Below are positions 18,229 through 25,986 of a stretch of 61,188 bases of DNA, in pieces. The stretch comes from Croceibacterium sp. (lineage in GTDB: Bacteria; Pseudomonadota; Alphaproteobacteria; Sphingomonadales; Sphingomonadaceae). The DNA lies in NCBI GenBank assembly GCA_025450635.1, contig JANWHA010000034.1:1-61188 (forward strand), given 5' to 3'. The first letter of the stretch is position 1. Each line of letters starts with the position of its first letter. The position numbers and the translations under genes are program-made. The notes under the pieces are model-generated. The model was given only the letters and a program-made list of their open reading frames with translations, had not been told where the DNA came from and made no database searches.

Positions 18229-19238
18229 CCGACGATCTTGCGCAGCGTCGCTCGCAGGCGCGCGAACAGCTCCGGCGTCGGCGCGCCCATCATGCCCCGG
18301 GCGTGCTCGGGCAAGTGCGCGGCCGGATCTCCGTTCGATTCGAAGATGTAATAATCGAGCATCGTGCGCCACACCGCGCGCTGCTGGGGCGGCAAGTGCC
18401 TGAAGGTCAGGATGTTGTGCAGCATCGCGTCGTACGGCGTCGAAATGTCCTTCGGCACGTCGTTCCACCAGTAATTGACGAGGATGCTCACGGGCTCGAG
18501 CGAGTCGACGCCGTGCCACCACATGTAGGGAATGTAGATCGCGTCTCCGGGTGACAGCTCGGCCCGCTGCGCCGTCGCCCACGCGGCGGCGTAACGTGGG
18601 TACCGCTGGAGATCGGGTTCCTGCATGTCGACCATGCTGACCGGGGTCCCGGCAGGGGTCAGCTCGAAAGGGCCGGGATAGAGGTTGACCACTTGTTCCG
18701 GCGGAAACAGCGTGAACCGCCGCCGCCCGGCGATGACGCAGCCGACATTCTCCATCAGGTCGCAATGCGGCGAGACGCGGATGCGATTGCCGATCCAGAT
18801 GCGGGGGGCAACATCGGTCAGCAGCGGCAGCACGTTCGCTTCGCCGAACGCCGGCAGCACGTCGGGGATCACCTCGGACTGCATCGCCATCGCGGGCGGA
18901 CGCGGATCGTCGGAAACCTGCAACAGGTCGCGCAGGAATTGCTCCATCTGTCCGCGGCCGGAAACGAAATTGAAGCCGGTGATGTCGCCATTGTAGAAGA
19001 AGCGGCCGCCTTCCTCGGGACGTGCGGCAATCGCTCCGACCGGCTTTCGCGGGCCGCAACCGATCAGGTAATCGACGATCGCCTTGTCGCTTTCGAGCGC
19101 CGCGGCGACCGCGGGCCAGTCGCGGACCACGCCGCGCATGACCACCGGCTCGTTCGCCGGCCTGATCTCCTCATGAAAGCGCGCAAAGTCGACGTCCGCG
19201 ACCTCGCGGATCGGCTTGGGCGGCGACAGTTCGCTCAT
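18225..19238 (-). CDS. JmjC/cupin-like (Cupin_8, Pass1-related) Fe(II)/2OG oxygenase homologue
   Basis: EPVVMRG..DWPA, RIWIGN, H-x-D (PHCD), GRRRFTLFPP, LSPGDAIYIPYMWWHGV, VNYWW; ATG 19238 overlaps the Hal2 stop (ATGA). Confidence 0.9.
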   Translation of the reverse strand: MSELSPPKPIREVADVDFARFHEEIRPANEPVVMRGVVRDWPAVAAALESDKAIVDYLIGCGPRKPVGAIAARPEEGGRFFYNGDITGFNFVSGRGQMEQFLRDLLQVSDDPRPPAMAMQSEVIPDVLPAFGEANVLPLLTDVAPRIWIGNRIRVSPHCDLMENVGCVIAGRRRFTLFPPEQVVNLYPGPFELTPAGTPVSMVDMQEPDLQRYPRYAAAWATAQRAELSPGDAIYIPYMWWHGVDSLEPVSILVNYWWNDVPKDISTPYDAMLHNILTFRHLPPQQRAVWRTMLDYYIFESNGDPAAHLPEHARGMMGAPTPELFARLRATLRKIVG

Positions 19239-20770
19239 GCGATGCGTTGGAGCGAGGCGTCGATGGCCGAACCGTTCATCTCGAGGAACGCCTCTTGCGT
19301 CGGCATCTGCGCGGCCGTCCGCGCGACGACCTCGCGGATATGCGCGAGCCGCTCCAGCGTCTCGGCATCGGACAGGATATCGGCGACGGGGTGGTAGCCG
19401 CCGGGCGCGATGCCCTGCCCCACCAGGACGGACAGCCAGCTCGTTTCCGTGAACAGCTCTTCGTGCTCGCGAAAGACCCGCCCCGACGAGCGGAACATCG
19501 CCAGCTTTTCCCGTAGGCCCTCCGGCGGTTCGAGGTTGCGGCAGTAATCCCAGAACGCGGTGTCGTCGCGTTCGACCGCGCAATAGTGCAGCACCAGGAA
19601 ATCGCGGATGTCGACGTACTCGCGCTCGGTCAGCTCGTTGTAGCGCTCGATCTCCGCCGCGCCGAATTCGCGGCTGGGGAACAGCGTCATCAGCCGGGCG
19701 ATGCCGGTCTGGACGAGATGGATCGAAGTCGATTCGAGCGGCTCGAGAAAGCCGCCCGCGAGGCCCAGGGCGACGACGTTCTTCTCCCACGCTCGCGCCC
19801 GGTGGCCGGCGGTGAAGCGCAGCCGGTTGGGCTCCGCCAGGGGCTCGCCGTCGAGGTTCGCCAGCAGCAGCGCGATGGCCTCGTCGTCGCTCATGTGGGC
19901 CGAGCAATAGACGTGGCCGTTGCCGATGCGGTGCTGCAGCGGGATGCGCCATTGCCATCCGGCGGGACGCGCGGTCGAGCGCGTCAGCGGCTCGCGATCG
20001 CCGGCGAGCGTGCAGGGAATGGCGACCGCCCGATCGCACGGCAACCATTGGCTCCAGTCGACGAACGGCACGCCGAGCTCCTGCCCGATCAGGAGCGCCC
20101 GGAAGCCGGAGCAGTCGATGAACAACTCGCCCTCGATGCGCTGTCCGCTTTCGAGCACGACCGCGGTGACGAACCCGCTCTCTCTGTCGCGCTCGACGGC
20201 GACGATCCGGCCCTCGGTGCGGATAGCCCCCTGCCGTTCGGCCCGCCCGCGCAAGTAGCGCGCGTAGCGCCCTGCATCGAACTGAAAGGCATAACCGAGC
20301 TTGCTGAGCGGGGAATTCGGGTTACCCGGCGTCGGCCGTGCCATGCGGGTCATCTTAGCGGCGACGGCGGCGATGGAATATTCGTCGAGCTCGCTCTTGT
20401 CCCCCAGCGTGCGACCCTTGAGCCAATGGTGGTGGAACTCGACGCCCATCATGTCGAGGCCGATGAAGCCGAACGGATGGAAGTAGCGATGGCCGATCCG
20501 CGTCCAGTCGATGAACTCGATGCCGAGCTTGTAGGTCGCGTGGGTCTCGCGGACGAACTCGTTCTCGTCGATGCCGAGCATCGCGTTGAACAAGTTGATC
20601 TGCGGGATGGTCGCCTCGCCGACCCCGACGGTGCCGATGGCTTCGGATTCGACCAGCTCGATGGTCAGGCCGGGGAAGCTCCCCATGATCTTCGTCAGCG
20701 CGGCCGCGGCCATCCAGCCGGCGGTGCCGCCGCCGACGATCACCACCTTGCGGATCGGGTCCGCGATCAT
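19235..20770 (-). CDS. Flavin-dependent halogenase homologue, Hal2
   Basis: GGGTAG, GVGEATIP, ATYKLGIEF, WQWRIP, GFLEPLESTSIH; ATG 20770 overlaps the Hal3 stop. Confidence 0.93.
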   Translation of the reverse strand: MIADPIRKVVIVGGGTAGWMAAAALTKIMGSFPGLTIELVESEAIGTVGVGEATIPQINLFNAMLGIDENEFVRETHATYKLGIEFIDWTRIGHRYFHPFGFIGLDMMGVEFHHHWLKGRTLGDKSELDEYSIAAVAAKMTRMARPTPGNPNSPLSKLGYAFQFDAGRYARYLRGRAERQGAIRTEGRIVAVERDRESGFVTAVVLESGQRIEGELFIDCSGFRALLIGQELGVPFVDWSQWLPCDRAVAIPCTLAGDREPLTRSTARPAGWQWRIPLQHRIGNGHVYCSAHMSDDEAIALLLANLDGEPLAEPNRLRFTAGHRARAWEKNVVALGLAGGFLEPLESTSIHLVQTGIARLMTLFPSREFGAAEIERYNELTEREYVDIRDFLVLHYCAVERDDTAFWDYCRNLEPPEGLREKLAMFRSSGRVFREHEELFTETSWLSVLVGQGIAPGGYHPVADILSDAETLERLAHIREVVARTAAQMPTQEAFLEMNGSAIDASLQRIA

Positions 20771-22329
20771 GCGGGCACTGCCTCGGCGGCGTCGGCCCAC
20801 GCGCCGGCGGCGCGCAGGAACTGGTCCTGGCTCGGCAGGCCCTCGACCGCGGCGCGGAAATCGCCCCGCATCGCCGCCATCGCCTCGGCGACCTTTGCCT
20901 CGTCGAGCGAATCGGCGGTCGGGTCGTATGCTTCGGGCCACAGGTTCTGGCCGAGCATGACGGCGACCCAGCTGGTCACACCGAACAGCTCGGCGCCTTC
21001 GCGGAAGATGCGGCCGTGGAGCCGCCACAACTCCATCTTGCGCGCGAGGCTGTCCGGGATGTCCATATCGCGGACGTAGCGCCAGAACGGCGTGTCGCCG
21101 CGTTGGGTTGCCTTGTAGTGCAGGATGACGAAGTCGCGCACATCGTCGTAAAGCTCGCCCATACCTTTGTTGTATTCGTCGCGCTCCAGGGGGCTGATGG
21201 GTTTGCCGGGGAACAGCGCGAGAAGCCGCTGGATGCCGTTCTGAATGAGGTGAATGCTGGTCGATTCGAGCGGTTCGAGAAAGCCCGAGGACAGGCCCAG
21301 CGCGACCACGTTGTGGCTCCAGCTGCTCTTTCGCCGCCCGGTGGCGAAGCGGATCGTGCGCGGCTCTGCCAGCACCTCGCCCTCGAGGTTGGCCAGCAGC
21401 AGGCGGCGAGCCTCGTCCTCCTCCATATAGCGGCTGGAGAAAACGTGGCCGTTGCCCATGCGGTGCTGCAGCGGAATGCGCCATTGCCAGCCGGCCGGCC
21501 GGCCGGTACAGCGGGTGAACGGCTCGGGCGGCCCGGCCAGCGCCGTCGGCACCGCGATCGCGCGGTCGCACGGCAGCCAGTGGCCCCAATCGTCCCATTC
21601 CGCGCCGAGTTCCTGGGCGATGAGCAGGCCGCGGAAGCCCGAGCAGTCGATGAAGAAGTCGCCCTCGATCCGCTCGCCACCGTCGAGCTCGACCGCCGTC
21701 ACATCGCCGCTTTGGCCGTCGCGGTGAACCTTGACGATCATCCCTTCGCGCCGTTCGATACCCTGGCGTTCGGCCAGCCGGCGCAGGAACTTCGTATAGA
21801 GGCTGGCGTCGAAATGGAACGCGTAAAACAGCCGCGACAGCACCGACTTGGCGTTCTGGCCCGGGCGGCCGAAACGGCGTAGCGCGGCCGCCACCGCGTT
21901 GACGCAATAATCGTCGAGAGGCCCCGGATCGCCACCGTTCATCCTGGCGCGCAGCCACAGCTGGTGGAACGGGATGCCGTGAAGGTCCTGCCCGTAGGTG
22001 CCGAACGGATGGAGATACCTTTCACCCTCCCGCGCCCAGTCTACGAACTCGATCCCCACCTTGAAGGTGCCATACGTCGCCTTGAGGAACGCGTTCTCGT
22101 TGATGTCGAGCATGGTGTTGAAGTTGAGGATCGGCGGAATGGTCGCCTCCCCCACGCCCACGGTGCCGATCGCATCCGATTCGACCACCACGATCTGGCG
22201 CCGCCCGTTGTTGAGAAAACGTGAGAAGGCGGCGGCCGCCATCCACCCGGCCGTGCCCCCGCCAACAATCACAACCCGGGCAATTTCGGTATCGCTACCG
22301 CGACTTGCGCCGTCGCCTGGGCGATTCAT
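20767..22329 (-). CDS. Flavin-dependent halogenase homologue, Hal3
   Basis: GGGTAG, GVGEATIP, GTFKVGIEF, WQWRIP, GFLEPLESTSIH; ATG 22329 with GGAGG 7 nt upstream. Confidence 0.93.
   Translation of the reverse strand: MNRPGDGASRGSDTEIARVVIVGGGTAGWMAAAAFSRFLNNGRRQIVVVESDAIGTVGVGEATIPPILNFNTMLDINENAFLKATYGTFKVGIEFVDWAREGERYLHPFGTYGQDLHGIPFHQLWLRARMNGGDPGPLDDYCVNAVAAALRRFGRPGQNAKSVLSRLFYAFHFDASLYTKFLRRLAERQGIERREGMIVKVHRDGQSGDVTAVELDGGERIEGDFFIDCSGFRGLLIAQELGAEWDDWGHWLPCDRAIAVPTALAGPPEPFTRCTGRPAGWQWRIPLQHRMGNGHVFSSRYMEEDEARRLLLANLEGEVLAEPRTIRFATGRRKSSWSHNVVALGLSSGFLEPLESTSIHLIQNGIQRLLALFPGKPISPLERDEYNKGMGELYDDVRDFVILHYKATQRGDTPFWRYVRDMDIPDSLARKMELWRLHGRIFREGAELFGVTSWVAVMLGQNLWPEAYDPTADSLDEAKVAEAMAAMRGDFRAAVEGLPSQDQFLRAAGAWADAAEAVPA
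22287..22300. promoter_or_regulatory. Possible auxiliary operator inside the 5' end of Hal3
   Basis: CGGTATCGCTACCG, near-palindrome with 3 mismatches to the operator consensus, 148 bp from site 2. Confidence 0.35.
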
Positions 22330-22406
22330 CCACACCCCTCCAAAATATCTGTTCGTCTCTTAGAGAAACTCTTGCCAAAGGCCATCTTACCGCATAATCA
22401 GCGCGG

Positions 22407-22435
22407 TTGACAAAGCAAAAGCCTGCCGAAAAATT
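22407..22435 (+). promoter_or_regulatory. Candidate sigma70 promoter of the TonB-dependent receptor
   Basis: Perfect TTGACA (22407-22412), 17-nt spacer, AAAATT running into operator site 2. Confidence 0.5.
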
Positions 22436-22448
22436 GGTAGCGCTAACA
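22435..22448. promoter_or_regulatory. LacI/XylR-type operator (site 2)
   Basis: TGGTAGCGCTAACA between divergent Hal3 and the TBDR; matches the xylose-regulon operator as I recall it for Xanthomonas/Caulobacter XylR. Confidence 0.9.
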
Positions 22449-22464
22449 TGGGGAGGATAAGCGC

Positions 22465-25400
22465 GTGGCCAAGTCACGGTGCGATTATCATGGGGCAACA
22501 ACCGCTAGCGCCCGCGAACTGCGCCTCTCGCTGAGGGCAGGCGCTTCCGTCCTCGCGATCGGGGCGCTCTTCGCCTCGGCCGGAGCTTACGCTCAGGACA
22601 AGACGCCACCGGCGCAAACCGGCAATGCCGGCGCCCCGGCCGCGGCGCCCGAAAAGGTCGATTCCAACGCGATCGTCGTCACCGGCATCCGCGCCAGCTT
22701 GGCCAACGCCCAGGTAATCAAGCGCAATTCGGACACCGTCGTCGATGCGATCACCGCCCAGGACATCGGCTCGCTTCCCGACCGTTCGGTCACCGAAGCG
22801 CTGCAGCGTGTGCCGGGCGTGTCGATCAATCGCTTCGCCGGCAGCAACGATCCGGATCACTTCTCGGTCGAAGGCTCGGGCGTGGTCATCCGCGGCCTCA
22901 ATTTCGTGCGATCGGAATTCAACGGCCGCGACGCCTTTTCCGCCGGCGTGGGCGGCCAGTCGCTCAACTTCGCCGATGTTCCGTCAGAGCTTCTCGGATC
23001 GGTCATCGTCGCGAAGAACGCGACCGCCGACATGATCGAGGGCGGTCTCGCCGGCACGGTCAACCTCAACACGCGCAAGCCGTTCGACAACAAGGGCTTC
23101 CATATCGCCTTCGACGCCGAGGGCAACTACGGCGACATGGAGAAGAAGTGGTCGCCCACCGGCTCGCTGCTGATCAGCGACACGTGGGATACGCCCGGCG
23201 GAAGCACGTTCGGCCTGCTGGCCGACGTTTCCTATTCGCGCATCCGCAGCCGCGCCGACGGCATCCAGGTCACCAACTTCCAGACCCGTGACGCGGCGAT
23301 CGTCACATTCATCAACCAGGGCGGACAGCGGATCTGCCGCAACCAGCTTCCGGGCACCACCGACACCACGACACTGCCGCCGGGCGGCTCGTACTGCGGC
23401 GCGCCCGAAACGCCGGGGGCCGATGGCCGTGCCGATCTCTTGCCGACCGCCTTTGCGCCCCTCGGCGGCCAGTTCCGCACGCAGGACTACGATCGCAAGC
23501 GCGATGGCGCCGCGCTCGCCGCCCAATGGCAATCGCCTGACCGCAACTCGATCCTGACGGCCCAATTCATCCGTTCGCACACGACGAACGCCTGGGGCGA
23601 GCACACGTTCGAGACGGCGCCGGACTTGTCGGAATACAACACCTATCCGCTCGGCTGCCACCAGAACGGCAACGGCCCGCCTACTTCGACCGGCGGCGGC
23701 ACCACACGCGCGGAATGCCGCATCAATGCTAATGGGCAGTTCTATTTCGCTGGCAACGATCAGGGTAACGGTTACGCCCCGTTGGCGGGCCAGACCTTCG
23801 ACAATTATCAATATGATGCCAATGGCCTGTTTGAGAGCGGCTATATCACCCTGCCGGGCAGCGGCTGGCGAACTGCCGGTAGCGGCAACGGCAACAGCAA
23901 CTGGGTGCCTTCCGGCGGCCTGCAACAATCGCTTTCCCGCCGCCAGGTGCTGGAAAAGAACCTCAACAACGATTACGGCCTGAATTTCCAGACCAAGTTC
24001 GGCGACCGTTGGGACCTGAACGTGGACGGCGACTACACGACCTCGCACCACCAGGTGCAGGACGTCAGCGTCTTCGGTTCGACGTTCGCCGACGAACAGT
24101 TGGACCTTACCGGCAATCTGCCGGTCGTGATCCCGCACAAGCCGAACACGCTGTCCGCGACATGGGCAGCCCCGAACTCGACCATAGCCGGCGAAACAGA
24201 CGCTCAATACTTCGCCGACCAGCGCGTGCAGTTCTGGCGCGCGGCGATGGATCACTTCGAGGACAGCACCGGCCACGAAGGCGCGGTGAAGGCAGACCTG
24301 ACCTATCACTTCGACGACAATTCGTTCCTCAAGACTTTCAAGGTCGGTGCGCGTTATGCCGACCGCAACCAGACGATCCGCTACACGACCTATAACTGGG
24401 GTGCGCTGAGCGAAGTGTGGTCCGGCACGGCGGTTTCGCTCGCCCAGTTCGGCGGCGACCAGACGAATTTCTATACTTTCCCCGATTTCTTCCGCGGGCA
24501 AACCCCGGGCCCGGTCGGCGGCTACTACTACAACGGCGACCTGATTCACGATTACAACAACGCCGCCACATTCTTCGACCAGATCAACGACGTCTGGCAC
24601 CAGCAGAATGGCGCCGGCGCGGCCAACCGCTGGCTTCCTGCGTCCGAACGGCCAGGCGCCATTGCGGGAACGCCATACCTGCCGAGCGAAGTCCAGAAGG
24701 AACACCAGAAGGACTTCGACGGTTACGCGATGCTCACCTTCGAAAGCATGGGTGGCATTCGCGTGTCGGGCAATATCGGTGCCCGGTTCGTTCGCACCAC
24801 CCTGGATTCCTTCGGCACGACGACGGTTCCGACGCGGGGCACTTTGGGTATTACGCAAGACTACAATGCCCGCTGTCCGCTCACGGTCCCGCAGGGCTCA
24901 CCGCCGGGGACGCCTGCCACGCGAGGCGGCGGCGTCTGCTCCCTCACGCCAGAGCAATACGCGACGCTTCAGCAATGGGCGCCAATCAACGCGAACTATA
25001 TTTCGAGCACGGCCAAGAACGACTACACTTACGTTCTTCCCAGCTTGAACCTGAAGTTCTCCGTGACCGACGACGTGATCATGCGTTTGGCGGCATCGGA
25101 GGTGATGACACGCCCGGATTCGGACCTTGTCCGGAACTATCTGACGACGGGCATCGACGGAAACAACAATATCACCTCCTCCGTCGGCAACCCGTACCTC
25201 AAGCCCGCAACCGCCTGGCAGCTCGACCTGACCGGCGAATGGTACTTCTCGCGGGTCGGCTCGCTTACCGTCGACTTCTTCTATAAGGACGTGAAGAACT
25301 TCTTCTATCAGGCCTTGATCGATATCCCGATCACCAACAACGGCGTCACGTTCCCTGTGCAGGAACGCGGCCCGGCCAACTACAACGGCCACGGCAAGAT

Positions 25401-25914
25401 CAAGGGCTTCGAAATCGCGTACCAACAAACGTTCGATTTCCTGCCCGGACTGCTCAGCGGCTTCGGTGTGAGCGCGAACTATTCATATGTCCAAAGCTCG
25501 GGCTTGCCGAATACCTTCCTGAACACCGGCTCACCGGTCAACGTGAGCACGATCCCGCCCGGCAAGCTGCCGCTCGAAGGCCTTTCGAAGCACAACGTGA
25601 ACCTCGAGGCATTCTACGAAAAAGGCCCGGTCAGCCTTCGCGTCGCCTACAATTGGCGCTCGAAATTCCTGCTCACCGCGGCGGACGTGATCTTCCCGTA
25701 CACGTCGATCTTCGACGCCGCGACGGGCCAGCTGGATGCGTCGGCGTTCTTCAACGTCACGAAGAACATCAAGATCGGCGTGCAGGGCGTGAACCTGCTC
25801 AACGAGGTCACGAAGACACTGCAAGCCTACACCGGCGACCCGAACAAGCTGGCGCCGCGGTCCTACTTCATGAATGACCGGCGCTATTCATTTATCGTCC
25901 GGGGCAGTTTCTAG
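22465..25914 (+). CDS. TonB-dependent receptor (Caulobacter/Xanthomonas carbohydrate-type), 1149 aa
   Basis: Signal peptide ..GAYA-Q, TonB box AIVVTGIRASL, DAITAQDIGSLPDRSVTEALQRVPGV, IEGGLAGTVNL, GNPYLKP, terminal Phe; GTG after GGAGG. Confidence 0.95.
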   Translation: MAKSRCDYHGATTASARELRLSLRAGASVLAIGALFASAGAYAQDKTPPAQTGNAGAPAAAPEKVDSNAIVVTGIRASLANAQVIKRNSDTVVDAITAQDIGSLPDRSVTEALQRVPGVSINRFAGSNDPDHFSVEGSGVVIRGLNFVRSEFNGRDAFSAGVGGQSLNFADVPSELLGSVIVAKNATADMIEGGLAGTVNLNTRKPFDNKGFHIAFDAEGNYGDMEKKWSPTGSLLISDTWDTPGGSTFGLLADVSYSRIRSRADGIQVTNFQTRDAAIVTFINQGGQRICRNQLPGTTDTTTLPPGGSYCGAPETPGADGRADLLPTAFAPLGGQFRTQDYDRKRDGAALAAQWQSPDRNSILTAQFIRSHTTNAWGEHTFETAPDLSEYNTYPLGCHQNGNGPPTSTGGGTTRAECRINANGQFYFAGNDQGNGYAPLAGQTFDNYQYDANGLFESGYITLPGSGWRTAGSGNGNSNWVPSGGLQQSLSRRQVLEKNLNNDYGLNFQTKFGDRWDLNVDGDYTTSHHQVQDVSVFGSTFADEQLDLTGNLPVVIPHKPNTLSATWAAPNSTIAGETDAQYFADQRVQFWRAAMDHFEDSTGHEGAVKADLTYHFDDNSFLKTFKVGARYADRNQTIRYTTYNWGALSEVWSGTAVSLAQFGGDQTNFYTFPDFFRGQTPGPVGGYYYNGDLIHDYNNAATFFDQINDVWHQQNGAGAANRWLPASERPGAIAGTPYLPSEVQKEHQKDFDGYAMLTFESMGGIRVSGNIGARFVRTTLDSFGTTTVPTRGTLGITQDYNARCPLTVPQGSPPGTPATRGGGVCSLTPEQYATLQQWAPINANYISSTAKNDYTYVLPSLNLKFSVTDDVIMRLAASEVMTRPDSDLVRNYLTTGIDGNNNITSSVGNPYLKPATAWQLDLTGEWYFSRVGSLTVDFFYKDVKNFFYQALIDIPITNNGVTFPVQERGPANYNGHGKIKGFEIAYQQTFDFLPGLLSGFGVSANYSYVQSSGLPNTFLNTGSPVNVSTIPPGKLPLEGLSKHNVNLEAFYEKGPVSLRVAYNWRSKFLLTAADVIFPYTSIFDAATGQLDASAFFNVTKNIKIGVQGVNLLNEVTKTLQAYTGDPNKLAPRSYFMNDRRYSFIVRGSF

Positions 25915-25947
25915 ACGACGCCGCGTTGCTCCTTTCGCGGCTCTCTC

Positions 25948-25986
25948 AAGGCGCCGCCGTTCCGAAAGGGGCGGCGGCGCTTTCTT
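25948..25986 (+). terminator. Rho-independent terminator after the TBDR
   Basis: GCGCCGCCGTTCC-GAAA-GGGGCGGCGGCGC (13-bp stem with two G-U pairs, GNRA loop) followed by TTTCTT. Confidence 0.8.

Noticed and set aside
18225-21958. Apparent long fusions (607-aa cupin, 907-aa halogenase; also 829-aa ALDH, 711-aa esterase, 506-aa GH10)
   Set aside because: The N-terminal extensions are off-frame read-through of upstream genes; true starts sit at ATGA overlaps or RBS-supported codons.
2470-22329. Functional link between the halide channel CrcB and the halogenases
   Set aside because: More than 12 kb apart with unrelated loci between; Fluc channels are fluoride-selective and flavin halogenases do not use fluoride.
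15205-25985. RiPP precursor peptide for the halogenases/cupin
   Set aside because: The only intergenic gaps (15205-15256, 22330-22464, 25915-25985) are short and hold a spacer, promoter/operator or terminator; no credible small ORF with an RBS.
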